A program made the translations under genes and the position numbers. DNA of 64,000 nucleotides, from contig QPGO01000001.1 of the NCBI GenBank assembly GCA_008632985.1, positions 240,600 to 304,599 on the forward strand. The letters are read 5' to 3'. The stretch is from Psammoneis japonica (taxonomy: Eukaryota). Below, one piece after another: positions 22,981 to 34,550 of this stretch (the first letter of the stretch is position 1; the number at the start of each line of letters is the position of its first letter). The notes below the pieces were generated by a model. The model made no database searches. It was not told where the DNA came from and was given only the letters and a program-made list of their open reading frames with translations.

Positions 22981-24704
22981 CCTTGAGAGCGTCTGGAGCT
23001 TGCTGCCTTCCGAATGGAAGATGTGCTGCCTTCCCGGAAGCGCGTTGCGACAAGAAGAAAGGAGAGCACCAGGGTGACGACACCAACTGTGACATGCCAG
23101 ACATTGACTGTCCCACGGTTGGAGCGTGCTGCTTGCCAGGTACCGGAGAATGCATCGTTTCCAAAAAGAGCGAGTGTGGGATGCAAGGAGGCAGATTCAA
23201 GCTGGGCAAGTCGTGCGAAGACGTCTCGTGTCCTAAAGCACCAACTCCGCCACCGACCCCGCCTAAAGGGGCATGTTGCATTGTGAGAAATGGAAGGTGC
23301 CGCGACAATGTGCCTCTTTCAAGGTGTAACAGAAGCGGTCGCGAATGGGGAGGTGAAGGGAGCTCGTGCAGTGACGAAGGCTTCTGTCCCACACCAACCC
23401 CTTCCCCAACTTGCTGCTTCGAGGATGGTGACTGCGACGTCGTGGAGGAGGGCGAATGTACAGGCGAATTCCAGGGTGTCGGTCAAACGTGCGATGACGT
23501 TTCCTGTCCCGTGCCTTGTGAACTTTCGGTTGACAAGTTCTGCTCGGTACCCAGGCCGCCAACGTCAGATTTTGATTGCGACAAGCCTATCGAATCCCTG
23601 AGCATGAGATGGGATGGTGAGGAGGAGCCCATCAGCATCATCGCGTACGCGGGAGATACTGACGAGGATGTTTTGGCCGAGATTGGTGACATCTCTGTTG
23701 GAGACGTGGTGACGGTTACGGGTTACAGCGACGCTCCCAAAGACGTTTTCTGGGAAGTTTTTGATTCGGCAGGAAGCAAGCTTGGTGAATCCATGTTCCA
23801 TTTGTCCTGCTCGGATGACGATATGAATGGCCCCGAAGACTGCTTCAAGAACCAAGGAAACGGCAAAAAGGACGATGATGATTTCATCAATGACTGGCTT
23901 TTGGAAGGCATGCAAGACAGCCAATCCACCTTTTTCTGCACTTCCCAAGACCCTCAAGAAACTAGTGAATGTGAAGCCTTTATCGGCGGTGGTGGGTGCG
24001 AAGGAAAGGTGACTGCTTTGTACTTTAGGTATGAAGGGGGCGGGTGCGATCAAACCACCAACACGCAAGAAGGAAAGGTCGAGTGTGATGATGATGTTGT
24101 ATCGGATGGTGGACCCGTTAGCGTCGAAGCTGTTTCCGACAAAACCGATATCAGCCCAAGTACCGAAACCATCAATATTGGAGACGAGTTTGTCGTTACA
24201 GGCGACGATAAGCTCAAGAGTGATACCGAGTTTGAAATCACTCAGAACGGCAGTCCTCTCCAAGAACTCAATATTCACACTTCATGCTCAAAACCCCTTA
24301 GCGTTGGCGACAGTTTCGGCAGCGTGCTTCTTGTTGGATTGGACCAAGAAAAGGGCCCGGACCTTCGAATCTCGGCTAATGTTGACTATACCTACGTGAT
24401 TCGAAACACAGGCAGCGTTCCGGCCGTGGACATCAGTGTGGTGGATGATCAAGTTGGTGAAATTGATGAGATTGATACTCTGGATGTGGGTGAAGAAGTT
24501 GTTCTGACCGCCACTGACTCTATCGATGTAGACACTGTCAATGTTGTGACGGCGAGCGGTAAGTCACAACGGGGTGGCAAACAATGTCGCGATAGCTCTT
24601 CCGCTGCCGTGAAAGTGACCCCGGCGCCTCCTAGGAGGAGCAAGGGAAAGGGCAAGGGTGGCAGTAAGAGCAAGGACAAGAGCAAGAGCTCTGGCTCCTC
24701 TTAG
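22980..24704 (+). CDS. Extracellular Cys-rich protein: GACC repeats + two acidic H(L/T)SCS domains + Ig-like (DUF11-type) domain + K/S/G tail; true 5' end unresolved
   Basis: The GACC repeats are homologous to the other family copies. Other motifs are FHLSCS / IHTSCSKPLSVGDSFGS, YTYVIRNTGSVPAVDISVVDD, and the tail SKGKGKGGSKSKDKSKSSGSS*. The annotated ORF start (22833) lies in the tandem repeat. Confidence 0.75.
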   Translation, partial: ALRASGACCLPNGRCAAFPEARCDKKKGEHQGDDTNCDMPDIDCPTVGACCLPGTGECIVSKKSECGMQGGRFKLGKSCEDVSCPKAPTPPPTPPKGACCIVRNGRCRDNVPLSRCNRSGREWGGEGSSCSDEGFCPTPTPSPTCCFEDGDCDVVEEGECTGEFQGVGQTCDDVSCPVPCELSVDKFCSVPRPPTSDFDCDKPIESLSMRWDGEEEPISIIAYAGDTDEDVLAEIGDISVGDVVTVTGYSDAPKDVFWEVFDSAGSKLGESMFHLSCSDDDMNGPEDCFKNQGNGKKDDDDFINDWLLEGMQDSQSTFFCTSQDPQETSECEAFIGGGGCEGKVTALYFRYEGGGCDQTTNTQEGKVECDDDVVSDGGPVSVEAVSDKTDISPSTETINIGDEFVVTGDDKLKSDTEFEITQNGSPLQELNIHTSCSKPLSVGDSFGSVLLVGLDQEKGPDLRISANVDYTYVIRNTGSVPAVDISVVDDQVGEIDEIDTLDVGEEVVLTATDSIDVDTVNVVTASGKSQRGGKQCRDSSSAAVKVTPAPPRRSKGKGKGGSKSKDKSKSSGSS

Positions 24705-25813
24705 AGAAACAAGAAGAAGTACAAGAGCGACTGTAAGAAGACCAACCAACCATATTGAGTGGCCAGGAAATTTTGTATGTGACAAAAATAGCATCAAAGC
24801 CTACCCAAATCATTGTCGTAATGTGTACTATAAGTAATAGTGTCAACCTCAAGAAGGAACGATTGCCACAAAACTACAAGACGTTTCATCATCAACAAGC
24901 CTTCTCTTTCAATCCTGTGAAAAGGTTGTTGACAAAAACAATACGGTACGCATCACAGTACACGTACCTGGTCTTAGATATCACAACACGGTGGAGGATA
25001 TGTCATCCACCATGTTCAATTTCCAATCAGGGTTGGTGTTAGCCATCGCTCTACCTCCGTGTCTCACAAACTCCAGGCAAGGACAGGGTGGTTCGGGTTC
25101 CTGCTGAAGAAACATTAGCAGTAGCAACGATGTCACGAAGAGCCCAGCTGACTGGATAGCCGGTCAAAAGTCTGTGGCCTACCGAATCGATTGCAACAAG
25201 GAAACCGACCGTAACTTGCAATTGAAGAAGATAATTCTATCAAAGCCTTAGCCCCCATGATAGACATCGTAGAAGGCTTTCCCGTCCCGTGTCTCCTTGA
25301 CGGCTGGATCAAAGGTAGGTCGAATTCACTGTTGGAACCCACACAGCATACTGTACACACAATGCACCTCTTGTTGCCGTGCTTCTTTCCAACTCCAAAA
25401 ACAATCTCGCTGTCTTGGGCCGCTCGTTGCTTGTGGACTTTGCCAAGGCCACGTCATATTTTCTACTTGCCTCCATCGTGTCGACTGACTCAAGACGGAT
25501 CCTTTTCATAATCTCAAAAGCAAGGAAGGACGCGCAGAAACATGCACCCAACGGCTTATTTATTCTGCAAGACTCCGAACTGTTGGCCTTCGCCGTGTCC
25601 GTGTCCGACGACCATGGCCCGACGCTCCGCAATCTTCAATCTTTCTGCTATTTGTGTAGGCATTATCTCCATACACATGAGCAATCCACGCAGCGTTATA
25701 AGTATCGCTACTACTAGCCTACTATTTGGCTACCGTCACTTGTGTTATGCGTGGTTTGTACATGAAAAACAAGCAAACACTACTACTATCTCTGCCCAAA
25801 AGGTCCCTACACT

Positions 25814-27997
25814 CTACCTAACAAAACGTGTTGGCGGAAGAAACTGCTGAATGCTTTCAAGAGTGTCGGACGACGACTCCATGTCATCCGTCTCCTCTTC
25901 TTCCTCGTCGCTTTCCTCCTCATTGTTCTCATTGGGAATGGCAAAACGCGCCGATCGAGTCAGCTGGTGAAACAGTGCATCCCATTCATTGTCAAAGTCG
26001 TCGTATTTCACGCGTTTGCGGAAATTGCTATCCTTGTACCATTCTCGCGCATACGTCATGTACATGACGGAACGAAGATCCGGACTGTCATTGGCTCCAC
26101 CGCGATGGAGAATTTGGTAATCAAACAAAAGTACATCACCAAATTTCAATTGAGGAATGCGTCTTGGGCTAGGACAAAAGTCTTGATCCGAGCCATACAA
26201 ATAACTCTTGAGAATGGGCCTCAAGCTCTCATCCTTGAGCGGAATATCATTGGCATCGTCTTCAAAGTGATTAATGTACGACGAACCCATGCAAAATTCT
26301 GTGGGTCCGTGTTGGTTCGTCATGTTGAGCAACGGAACCATCATGGTTACCGCATACGATGGCAAGTCGTGTCCACCAAGACCAGCAGCACCAAACAAAT
26401 CCCTAAAGATATAATCGTCATCGTTGTGCCATAGCTGGGCTTGTGCACCCGATTCCGCCAGAGCCGTACCGAGCGAATGCAACACCAAATCTTTTCCAAG
26501 TACATGCCGCTGTTGTAAAATATCCATCACGTCATGATTCATGAGTAAATCTCGATGAGCGAATGCCTTGGGAAGAATGACTTCCCACCGCTTGTTTGCA
26601 ATTTGATGAAGATAGAACTTTTCGTTGTTGGTTGTGGTTCCCGTGGATGGAATTTTTCGTTCGTGAATGGCTTGAATGTAGTTTGCAAAGCTTTCGCGAT
26701 AGTCATTCAAAAAGTCCTTGTCAAATACGTTGCGCAGCACGACAAGCTTGCACTTTTGTAAAACGTGTGCCGCCGTGTCGACATCAAAGTCGTTGATGCT
26801 GGATGCATCGAATTCTCGCGTCATGCAGTCGTCGTCATGGAGCGTGTCGATGATTCCGTGGACAAAGCGATCGGCATAGTCTCGATCCAATGCATCGTGA
26901 GTCTGCAATTCAGGCTTTTGTGGTATCATGGATGCCAGTTGCCTTGCAGTTCTTGCGAGCTCGTCTTGCTCCGTGTCGGTGTGCTTGGGTAACTTTTGAC
27001 TGGGCCATGGTCCCCAATGGTCTCCAATACGATCATAGAGCCACTGAACAATGTCTTGCGGTGGATAGGGTTGATCCGTGTAGCTTTCGACAATAGACTC
27101 GATATTTTCCACATTCACGTCTGCAACCATGACTGTGGCTACAATTCTCGTTTCGTTGGTTACTTCTTGAAAAAAGTAACGAGCATCGTCTCCCAACAAG
27201 ATTGCCACATTTTCTTGCAACTTGACCGACATGACTTTTTCGTCTTGTTCGTCTTGTTGTACAACAATTCCAAGTTCAGCTTCGGTAGCATTTTCCGACA
27301 GCATGAGGGGAATCATAATGGTCCATGCTCGGCCGTCCGTGTCTTGATGGTCCACCAGCACGTCGCCTTGTTTTGAAAACCGAGATACAGCATGGAATGC
27401 TACAGAATACACCACCAAACTGTCCAAGCCAAAATAGTCACCCATGCTTGAGAGTACATTGTCATAATTGGCATCACCCAATAGTTGGAGATACTTATCA
27501 TGTGCTTTGTCATTGGCGGGAGATACCCAATGAACATTGTCGTTGAGATTGTCGGAAAACCAATCGTGTCGTTGCACGTGCCAATCGAGTCCATCTTGAA
27601 ACGTTTCGGTACTACCCTGATTTAGTTCGAGTGGGTCTTGCAATAATGTTTGAAATCGCTGGGTAATCCCAACCTTGTTGCAATACTCCAAGAGAGACTT
27701 GCGAACGCTTGGATGAATGTGCACTTGATGGACCTCTTCGTAAATCTCTTGGTCGTCCACCGCGGCGGGTACAATTTCGGATGCAATGGCATCCATTTGA
27801 AGAATGTTTGTCGTTGAAGAAAGACAAGAGTTCTCATTTGTGCCGTCTTTGCATGAATCCGAATCCATGTATTCAGCAGCAGCAGCAGCAGCAGCAACGA
27901 CGCTAGCATGGTGGTGGCATGATAAGAGCATGAGTACAGCTGCTGCTCCAACCAGACTGGCAAATCGATGTTTTGCCATGCTACGGATTGGCATCAT
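25814..27997 (-). CDS. Secreted phytanoyl-CoA dioxygenase (PhyH)-family 2OG-Fe(II) oxygenase
   Basis: N-terminal signal-like peptide, with QLWHNDD (HxD), VPLLNMTNQHGPTEFCMGS and GDVLLFDYQILHRGGAN...R motifs. Confidence 0.85.
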   Translation of the reverse strand: MMPIRSMAKHRFASLVGAAAVLMLLSCHHHASVVAAAAAAAEYMDSDSCKDGTNENSCLSSTTNILQMDAIASEIVPAAVDDQEIYEEVHQVHIHPSVRKSLLEYCNKVGITQRFQTLLQDPLELNQGSTETFQDGLDWHVQRHDWFSDNLNDNVHWVSPANDKAHDKYLQLLGDANYDNVLSSMGDYFGLDSLVVYSVAFHAVSRFSKQGDVLVDHQDTDGRAWTIMIPLMLSENATEAELGIVVQQDEQDEKVMSVKLQENVAILLGDDARYFFQEVTNETRIVATVMVADVNVENIESIVESYTDQPYPPQDIVQWLYDRIGDHWGPWPSQKLPKHTDTEQDELARTARQLASMIPQKPELQTHDALDRDYADRFVHGIIDTLHDDDCMTREFDASSINDFDVDTAAHVLQKCKLVVLRNVFDKDFLNDYRESFANYIQAIHERKIPSTGTTTNNEKFYLHQIANKRWEVILPKAFAHRDLLMNHDVMDILQQRHVLGKDLVLHSLGTALAESGAQAQLWHNDDDYIFRDLFGAAGLGGHDLPSYAVTMMVPLLNMTNQHGPTEFCMGSSYINHFEDDANDIPLKDESLRPILKSYLYGSDQDFCPSPRRIPQLKFGDVLLFDYQILHRGGANDSPDLRSVMYMTYAREWYKDSNFRKRVKYDDFDNEWDALFHQLTRSARFAIPNENNEEESDEEEEETDDMESSSDTLESIQQFLPPTRFVR

Positions 27998-30900
27998 GGT
28001 GTACGCAACTTTAGTATGGAATGCGAATAGTTCTCTTGTGTTTTTGAAAGGTTTTCAAGTAATGGTTTATGAAAGAAGAACAAGAATAGAATGAACAGGA
28101 GGTACAATGATTTGTTAGCGTTTCCTGCGGATGACACCCAAAAAGAGTGTGAGTGACCGGTGACCGAAATGTCCAAGAATGACTTTTCCGATTTAAAAAA
28201 ATTTCGTGTCTGTAGAAAGAAAGGATTGCATTTTTGGCATGCACGTACTGCACTGCACTACCACACCCATGATGTGCTGCAGGATTCTGCTCTCTACTCT
28301 CTCTAGAACTAGAGCTGACCTAATTTATTCTGTGTAGCATGACACGATCTGCAAAATCCATCATCTCACCGCCGAGATGTGGCTGGAGATGCGAGAGACA
28401 CGATGATGGTGAAAGAGTGGGCCTCAGCCAGAGGCTGCATTTGAAAAGCTGCTCACGTTGAAAGACTCCAACACACTCGGAGTGCTCAGCATGGATCAAG
28501 GTGCAGAGCATTTCAAGCATGACAAACCACTGCAGCTGCTGGCTTTTTTCCAGCATCAAGCACAAAAGCACATCTCCAGGACCCATCAATGGACTCAATC
28601 TGCCCACTTGACAAAAATCAGAGGAGAAATCCACAGAGCTGGGTCAAAAGGGGGAGTTGCAGCAGCAGCAGCAGCAGCAGCGGCGGCATCTCTCTTCAGA
28701 CAAAAAAGTCAAATGCACAACAATCACACAAGAAAGAAAGCAGCTGCTGACAAAATGGCTTTGCCTTGTTCTTGTCTTGATCCCCAGAGCTTTGGCAAAA
28801 AAGCCACCCCCCAAACTTTGCAGTTGCTCATGTCTGGAAGTGATCTTCATTGTTGACTCTACAACACCTGCAAAGGCTTTGTGCTGTGCCCAAATCAATG
28901 AGGAGCTCCTTGCCTGAAAAGCCTGGCAAGCTCCATGTGATGCAGTGTCTTGACACAAGGTCACCAAACATTGTCTTGCACTTGTTGTGAGTGCAGATGA
29001 CCTTGCAAACATGCTGTGCACAGTGCACAGAGAGCTTGTCTGACTCTGACTGCCCCAAGGGCCAGACAAATTGTCTGCCATCTGTTGTTGTGTGTGTGCT
29101 CTCAGTGTGCAAATGTGCATGTGCAGGCAACAACAGACAATGTTTGTGCACCTCTGGACAGCCCCTCACCAATCTCAATCTTTAGATGGCCTGAGTGCCC
29201 TGCTCACAAGTCTTTGCAACAGCACCACTCTTGCAAATGCAGAGTGAGGCAGAAGTTTTTGCACATGCTTGTCATGCTGGATGAGATGATGTGAGCACAG
29301 CCAAGCAGGAAAAAAGAAAAAAAAAAACAGATCCAATTTTGTGGGTGCCCACTGGAAGTGTGGGTCATCACTCCTTTGTCAGCTGTGCCAACGCCGGCTG
29401 ACCCACACTTCCAGTGCACTGAGCCAGTGTGGCAGAAGGGAAAAAGGGACTGGCCAGCTGGGGTGTCACCGGATGGTGGCACCCTTCCAAAACAACTGGC
29501 AATGGAGTGCGTGCCACACATTCTAGAAAAGGAAAAGATGACATGCTTGCACAATGGGCTTCTTGCAACAGTCATCTCATCTGCTGTGTCATTGCCTGGC
29601 AACATCACCAGCCACGTGCTGGCTGTCACCAAAAAAAGACAGGAACTCCATGGCAGCCTGTTTTGCTTCTTCAAATGAAGTTGTGTTGGGAGCTTTCTGC
29701 AGGAAGAAAATCATCATTGATCAGATCACATTGTGGTGGCTTCTCTGTCTGTCAGCAAGATTTTGTCATGCTTTGATGAGCCCACAGGCCAGGTGACATT
29801 GTTGGCTGCAGCATGGCAAAAGCAGCTCATGGCTGAACACAGCAAGAGCACAGCATGTCCACCAACCAACATGTGTGCACAAGAGTCTTCATGGGTTTTT
29901 TCAATTCATGCCAAGGAGTGACATGCTGAGAAGCTTTTGCACAATGTGCGATCTGCACAAAAAAATGTGCTTCATGCAAAAAAAAAACTCTCTTGGCTCC
30001 ACATTCCCAAAATGATGGAAGATCAAACAAAAGCCTGGCTGGCAGCAAGAGAGTGAGGCACACATCACCAAATCCAGCAGATGCCACTTTGAGCAGCCTC
30101 CCCACCCACACTCAACTGCACACAAAGCTCGCCATGATGAAAAACTTTCCTCTGGTGAAATGTGTTTTTTTTTGGAATGTTTGAGCCAGGCCAACATGAT
30201 GCAGTGGAAAATGCACTGCCTTTGCTCCAAGTGGTGGTCACTTTTGTAATTTTTGCTTTGACGTTAGACAGATGATGCTGTGCGTGAGAAATCAGTGTGT
30301 TCGCTGCCCACTTTTTCACAAAAATTCTCGTCAGAAATTTGTCTCTCAATCAGGAGAACACTCCACTGTGCAAATCAGTCATTGACATTCCCAAACAACA
30401 ACAGACAATTCAAACTTTGAGGAAAAATGGTTGCAATGACAATGTGCAATTGCCAAATTGACGGCCGGCTTTCTCATGACTGCTCTTGCCCTTCCCCTTG
30501 ACTGCAGCGGTGGGGTTGGTGTGGCTCTCTTTTGTGAAAGATAAAAAGGCCAGAACTGCACACCATGCAATCATGCCACATGCCTCTTGAGCATCGCCCC
30601 ACTGTGTGCATGCATTCCATGCCTTTCTGATCATCACAACATGCCAGGGGTGCATGTCAAAGCCAGTGCAATGGAGAACAAAAGAGCAGTGGCTGGCTTG
30701 TTCTTCCTCATCCCCACCATCTGTTTTCATGAGTTGTTGATTCAATGTTTCAGCAATGAGACTTGAATTCTGACTCTTCATGCTGGAATTTTGCATGAGT
30801 GATGCATGCACTTGATGGGCGGCAACACCACGCAACAAATTCGCCACTCTCGTTCCTCCAAAACAGAGCTTTTTGAGTGGCAAGCACTCAAGGTTTCTTG

Positions 30901-31382
30901 AGGTTTTGAGGAGTTTGATTTTGACAGCACACCAAATCCATCACAACAAGTGAATGCTCCAGAGAGTGATGACCAAAGACCCACACCAAACACCATCACA
31001 ACAAGAAACATCATCATCATCACATCATGCTCTGCTGGCAATAGAGAGCAATGACCAAGACCCAAAGATGATGTCTTCTCTCCGTTTCGTTACTTCCAGA
31101 ACAACAAACAGTGCAATAAATGTCAGTCATCAAAGACAATGTTCCAAACTGTCAAAACGGTATTGCATTTATTTTAATATTTAACGACTATAGTCTGTCG
31201 AGTCATTCGCAACGTAGGCCCAGGTGTCCCAAGATAATGAATAGGTACATTCCTACAGCTGTCTTAGTAGGATAAATTAGACAACTGTGAAAGAAGCGAA
31301 TAATTATTCGTTGTTTTTGATGCCCCCCCCCCACAATTCTCTCGCAAAACGAGCAGTCGGTTCAAACAATCAGGTTGAAACC

Positions 31383-33183
31383 ATGAAGTTCGTAAATAAG
31401 GGAGTTTTCCTGCTTCTTTCTGCTGCATTCAGTGGAACAGCAGGTAAGAAGAGTTTCATACTTGTAGTTTCGCATAAATGGAATGTTGTTTCGATGGGTT
31501 TTTGCTCACTTTTCACAACTCTACTTGTGTCTGTGTTTTTACGCAGCCTCCGATATCAGAACAAATAAGCAAAGGACTCTCTACAGTTTTGATGTAAGTT
31601 TTGAGAGAGTAATCGAAGCGCGATGAAAAAATCATTTGCTCGTGAACTGTTGTCCTTTCATATACGTATGATTCAAATTGAATGTTGTATGTTGTTCGGT
31701 ACGCTCTGCTAATTAGAAATGCGAGAACGCAAGTGGGCAGCTAAAGTCTGCGGGCGATTGCGCTGTACTAATGCTGTCAAAAAATAACAAGAAGAAAGTG
31801 ATTTTATCTAGTACCCGCTCGCAGGATGGCGTCTATGGAGACACTTGTGTGGCTGCTGATGGATCTCTGGAGAGGTCTGGTGAAGCTACTCTATTCGGCA
31901 GCGCTCTGTTTGAGCCCGGTTCAACCGCTCCAGATGACATTGAAGATTTCACAACGGGTGAAGTCGACAAAACTGTTGATCTATTTGAAAAAGATAATGA
32001 CGCGACGGAGGCATCGGTATTCTTTGGTGATCAGGACTGCGACTTGACCGCTACTTCCCTTGACCCGGAGATTGATCTTTCGGATTATGGCGACAGAGAC
32101 GTTTATATCTGTGTTGACGGTGCTCTTGAAATCACCTCAGATGTTACTATTGTTGGAGGCAAAAAGAACAGGGTGGTTTTCAACATTAAAGAGGGCCTTA
32201 GTTCCAACGGCGCCAATGTCCTAGGAAAAGGATCTATCAAACCGAAAAAAATTATCTGGAACGTCCGCAGCGGTCCAGTCGTCTTGAGAAGCAGTGTCCT
32301 CGACGGCTCAATCCTTGCCATTAAGAGTAAGGTGGACATGTTAAGATCCGAGATCAACGGTCAACTTATCTCTGGCTTGTTGATTCGCATCTTCAACGGA
32401 TCAGCCGTGAATTGCAACGAGAGGCCTGCGTCACCCCCGACTCCGGCTCCTACCAACCCCCCGACAAAGTTCGGTGCGTGTTGCATTTCGCGTAAAAGAT
32501 GTGCAGTCATCCCAGAAGAACGTTGCATCAGGAAGAAAGGCAAGTACCAAGGCGACGACACCAACTGCAACATGCCGGACATTAACTGCCCCCGCATGGG
32601 AGCCTGCTGCTTGCCACGCACTGGAGAATGTATCACTGTCAAAAAGAGTGAATGTAAGGTGCAAGGAGGAAAGTTCCGGCTCGGAAAGAAGTGCGAGGAC
32701 GTGAAATGCCCAAAGCCACCAACGCCAAAACCGACTCCACCCCCGAAGAAGACACCGCCGCCGCCGCCGTCTCCGTCTACTGGTGCCTGTTGCAGGGTGA
32801 AGTATGGAAGGTGCCACGACAATGTTTCTCTATCAAGGTGCCAAAGAACTGGTCTTAAATGGGGAGGTGCAGGCAGCAAGTGTAGCGACGATGGATTCTG
32901 TCCCAAGCCTACCCGTTCGCCAACTCCAGGGAAGGGTGGCAAGAGTGCTGGCAAGCACATAAGCTCGGGGTCTAGCAGCGACGTTAAGGGCGGAATCGGC
33001 GGCAGCTCTAGCTCTAGCTCGGGGTCTAGTAGCAGCGGCGGAAAGGGTGGAAAGCGCGGCTCGGGATCTAGTAGCTCTGGGCCCAAGCAACGGCGGAAAG
33101 GGCGGAATGGTGGCAACTCGGGATCTAGTTCCGGTTCTGGCTCTGCATCTAGTGCCGGCTGGGGTGGGTACCGTGGCGGGTAA
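31383..33183 (+). CDS. Secreted adhesin-like protein: ice-binding/choice-of-anchor-A-like domain, 3 GACC Cys repeats, Pro/Thr/Lys linker, G/S/K tail (exons 31383-31443, 31547-31593, 31717-33183)
   Basis: Signal peptide MKFVNKGVFLLLSAAFSGTAA. Two GT-AG introns keep frame. Beta-solenoid-type motifs VVFNI...IIWNV...GSILA...INGQLIS. Confidence 0.85.
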
Positions 33184-33889
33184 CATGGCGGTGGAGGCGC
33201 GGGATCCTCCTCTTAGAGAAACAGAACCAATAGCAAGATGACGGCATAGGGCAAGTCAAAATCATTAGGGCCTAACGAAACGATTCCAATGCGTATCGAT
33301 AATGCGAACTGTAAAACTATTGCAACAGAAGTAGACAATTCCATCGTCATTGCCATGCCAAGATATGTGCCAAACGGTTGCTTTCCTACTGGTGTTCACT
33401 TGAAGTGAAATAGTTTTCCCACTTCCTACAATATTCTTTATTACGACATTCAACACAGGGAGTGAGAAAACCGAGTTCCTGCAAACTTGCGGAGAGATGT
33501 TGCTTTCCTTTCTTGTTCTTTCAATTCGAATGAGGTGCTCTTGTAGATTGAAAAGGCATAAATGGTTAGATTTGAACTAATCCCCAGGCCTTTTATGAGT
33601 CTTTATGACCATAACAGAGCCCCATTCAAAACGAGACGAGTTCAATCGAAAATAACTGCATTGGGTGCGCTTGTAGCGTTCGCTGTCCAATCCGGGATCC
33701 CTGGAGCACTTCCACCTCCTCGTCTTTGCAAATGCTAACGGCAGTGGTGTCGCGTCGTACAGAGAGCACATGTCGTAACTTTTGTCATTCCTTCTTCTCG
33801 CCGTCTCGGCGCTCCACGCTTGATCGTTCTACTAAAAACTGAAAGAATCCTTCGACATTTAACCGCATTCTTTTGAGGGACGGTTGACA

Positions 33890-34550
33890 CGTTATGTCAC
33901 CCAACCGTGTCTGGTCCATTTCATCGCAAGAAGCCACACATAGACAGACGACCTTATGGGTGACAAGCCATGTGGGAACGACATTGATTTGTTGTGGAAG
34001 GGTTGTACAGAGTTTGGTTTCCAAACAGCCGACCGCGCACAAGGAACCACTGGAGGACTTGGTGGACTTGAGGACGCTTTAATTGTGAGACTTGATAAAC
34101 GGAAAAGATTGGAGCTACTTGTTGGGATCGATTGTTTAAAAATGCTTTGGTCATGGCGCGCATAAGCAAATTCGCTGCTGGCGGTTTTAGCTTGAGCATT
34201 GTACTTGTCCGTGATTAGATAGGGGTCTTGATCAACTACCCTGTGGACCAGCTCTAGTAATTTTCGCAGATGGCTTCCTTTCTGTAGAATGAGAACGGTT
34301 GACATGATTTGTGGAGTGTTTCGAATCTCTTTGTTATCCTTGCCAATCTCAAAAGCCATCAATGCCTGCTCTGTAGTATACTTGTGCTCCAGATGGGAAA
34401 GCTCAAAGCTCAACATATCATACTGCGACTCTTGTGGCATCTTTATATATTATTAAACCTTGTTCCAGCTTGAGGGTTCAGCTAGCACCCAGCATCGGCA
34501 TACACCAAAACATCTCCTTCTTGCATTTCTGAAAGCATGACGTCGAGCAT
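33890..34550 (-). pseudogene. Truncated glycosyltransferase-like gene fragment (YADAG...RHDQS family)
   Basis: ESQYDMLSFEL...TPQIMSTVLIL...LITD...ARHDQSIF. The 5' part is deleted relative to the copy at 54250-55000. Confidence 0.55.
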
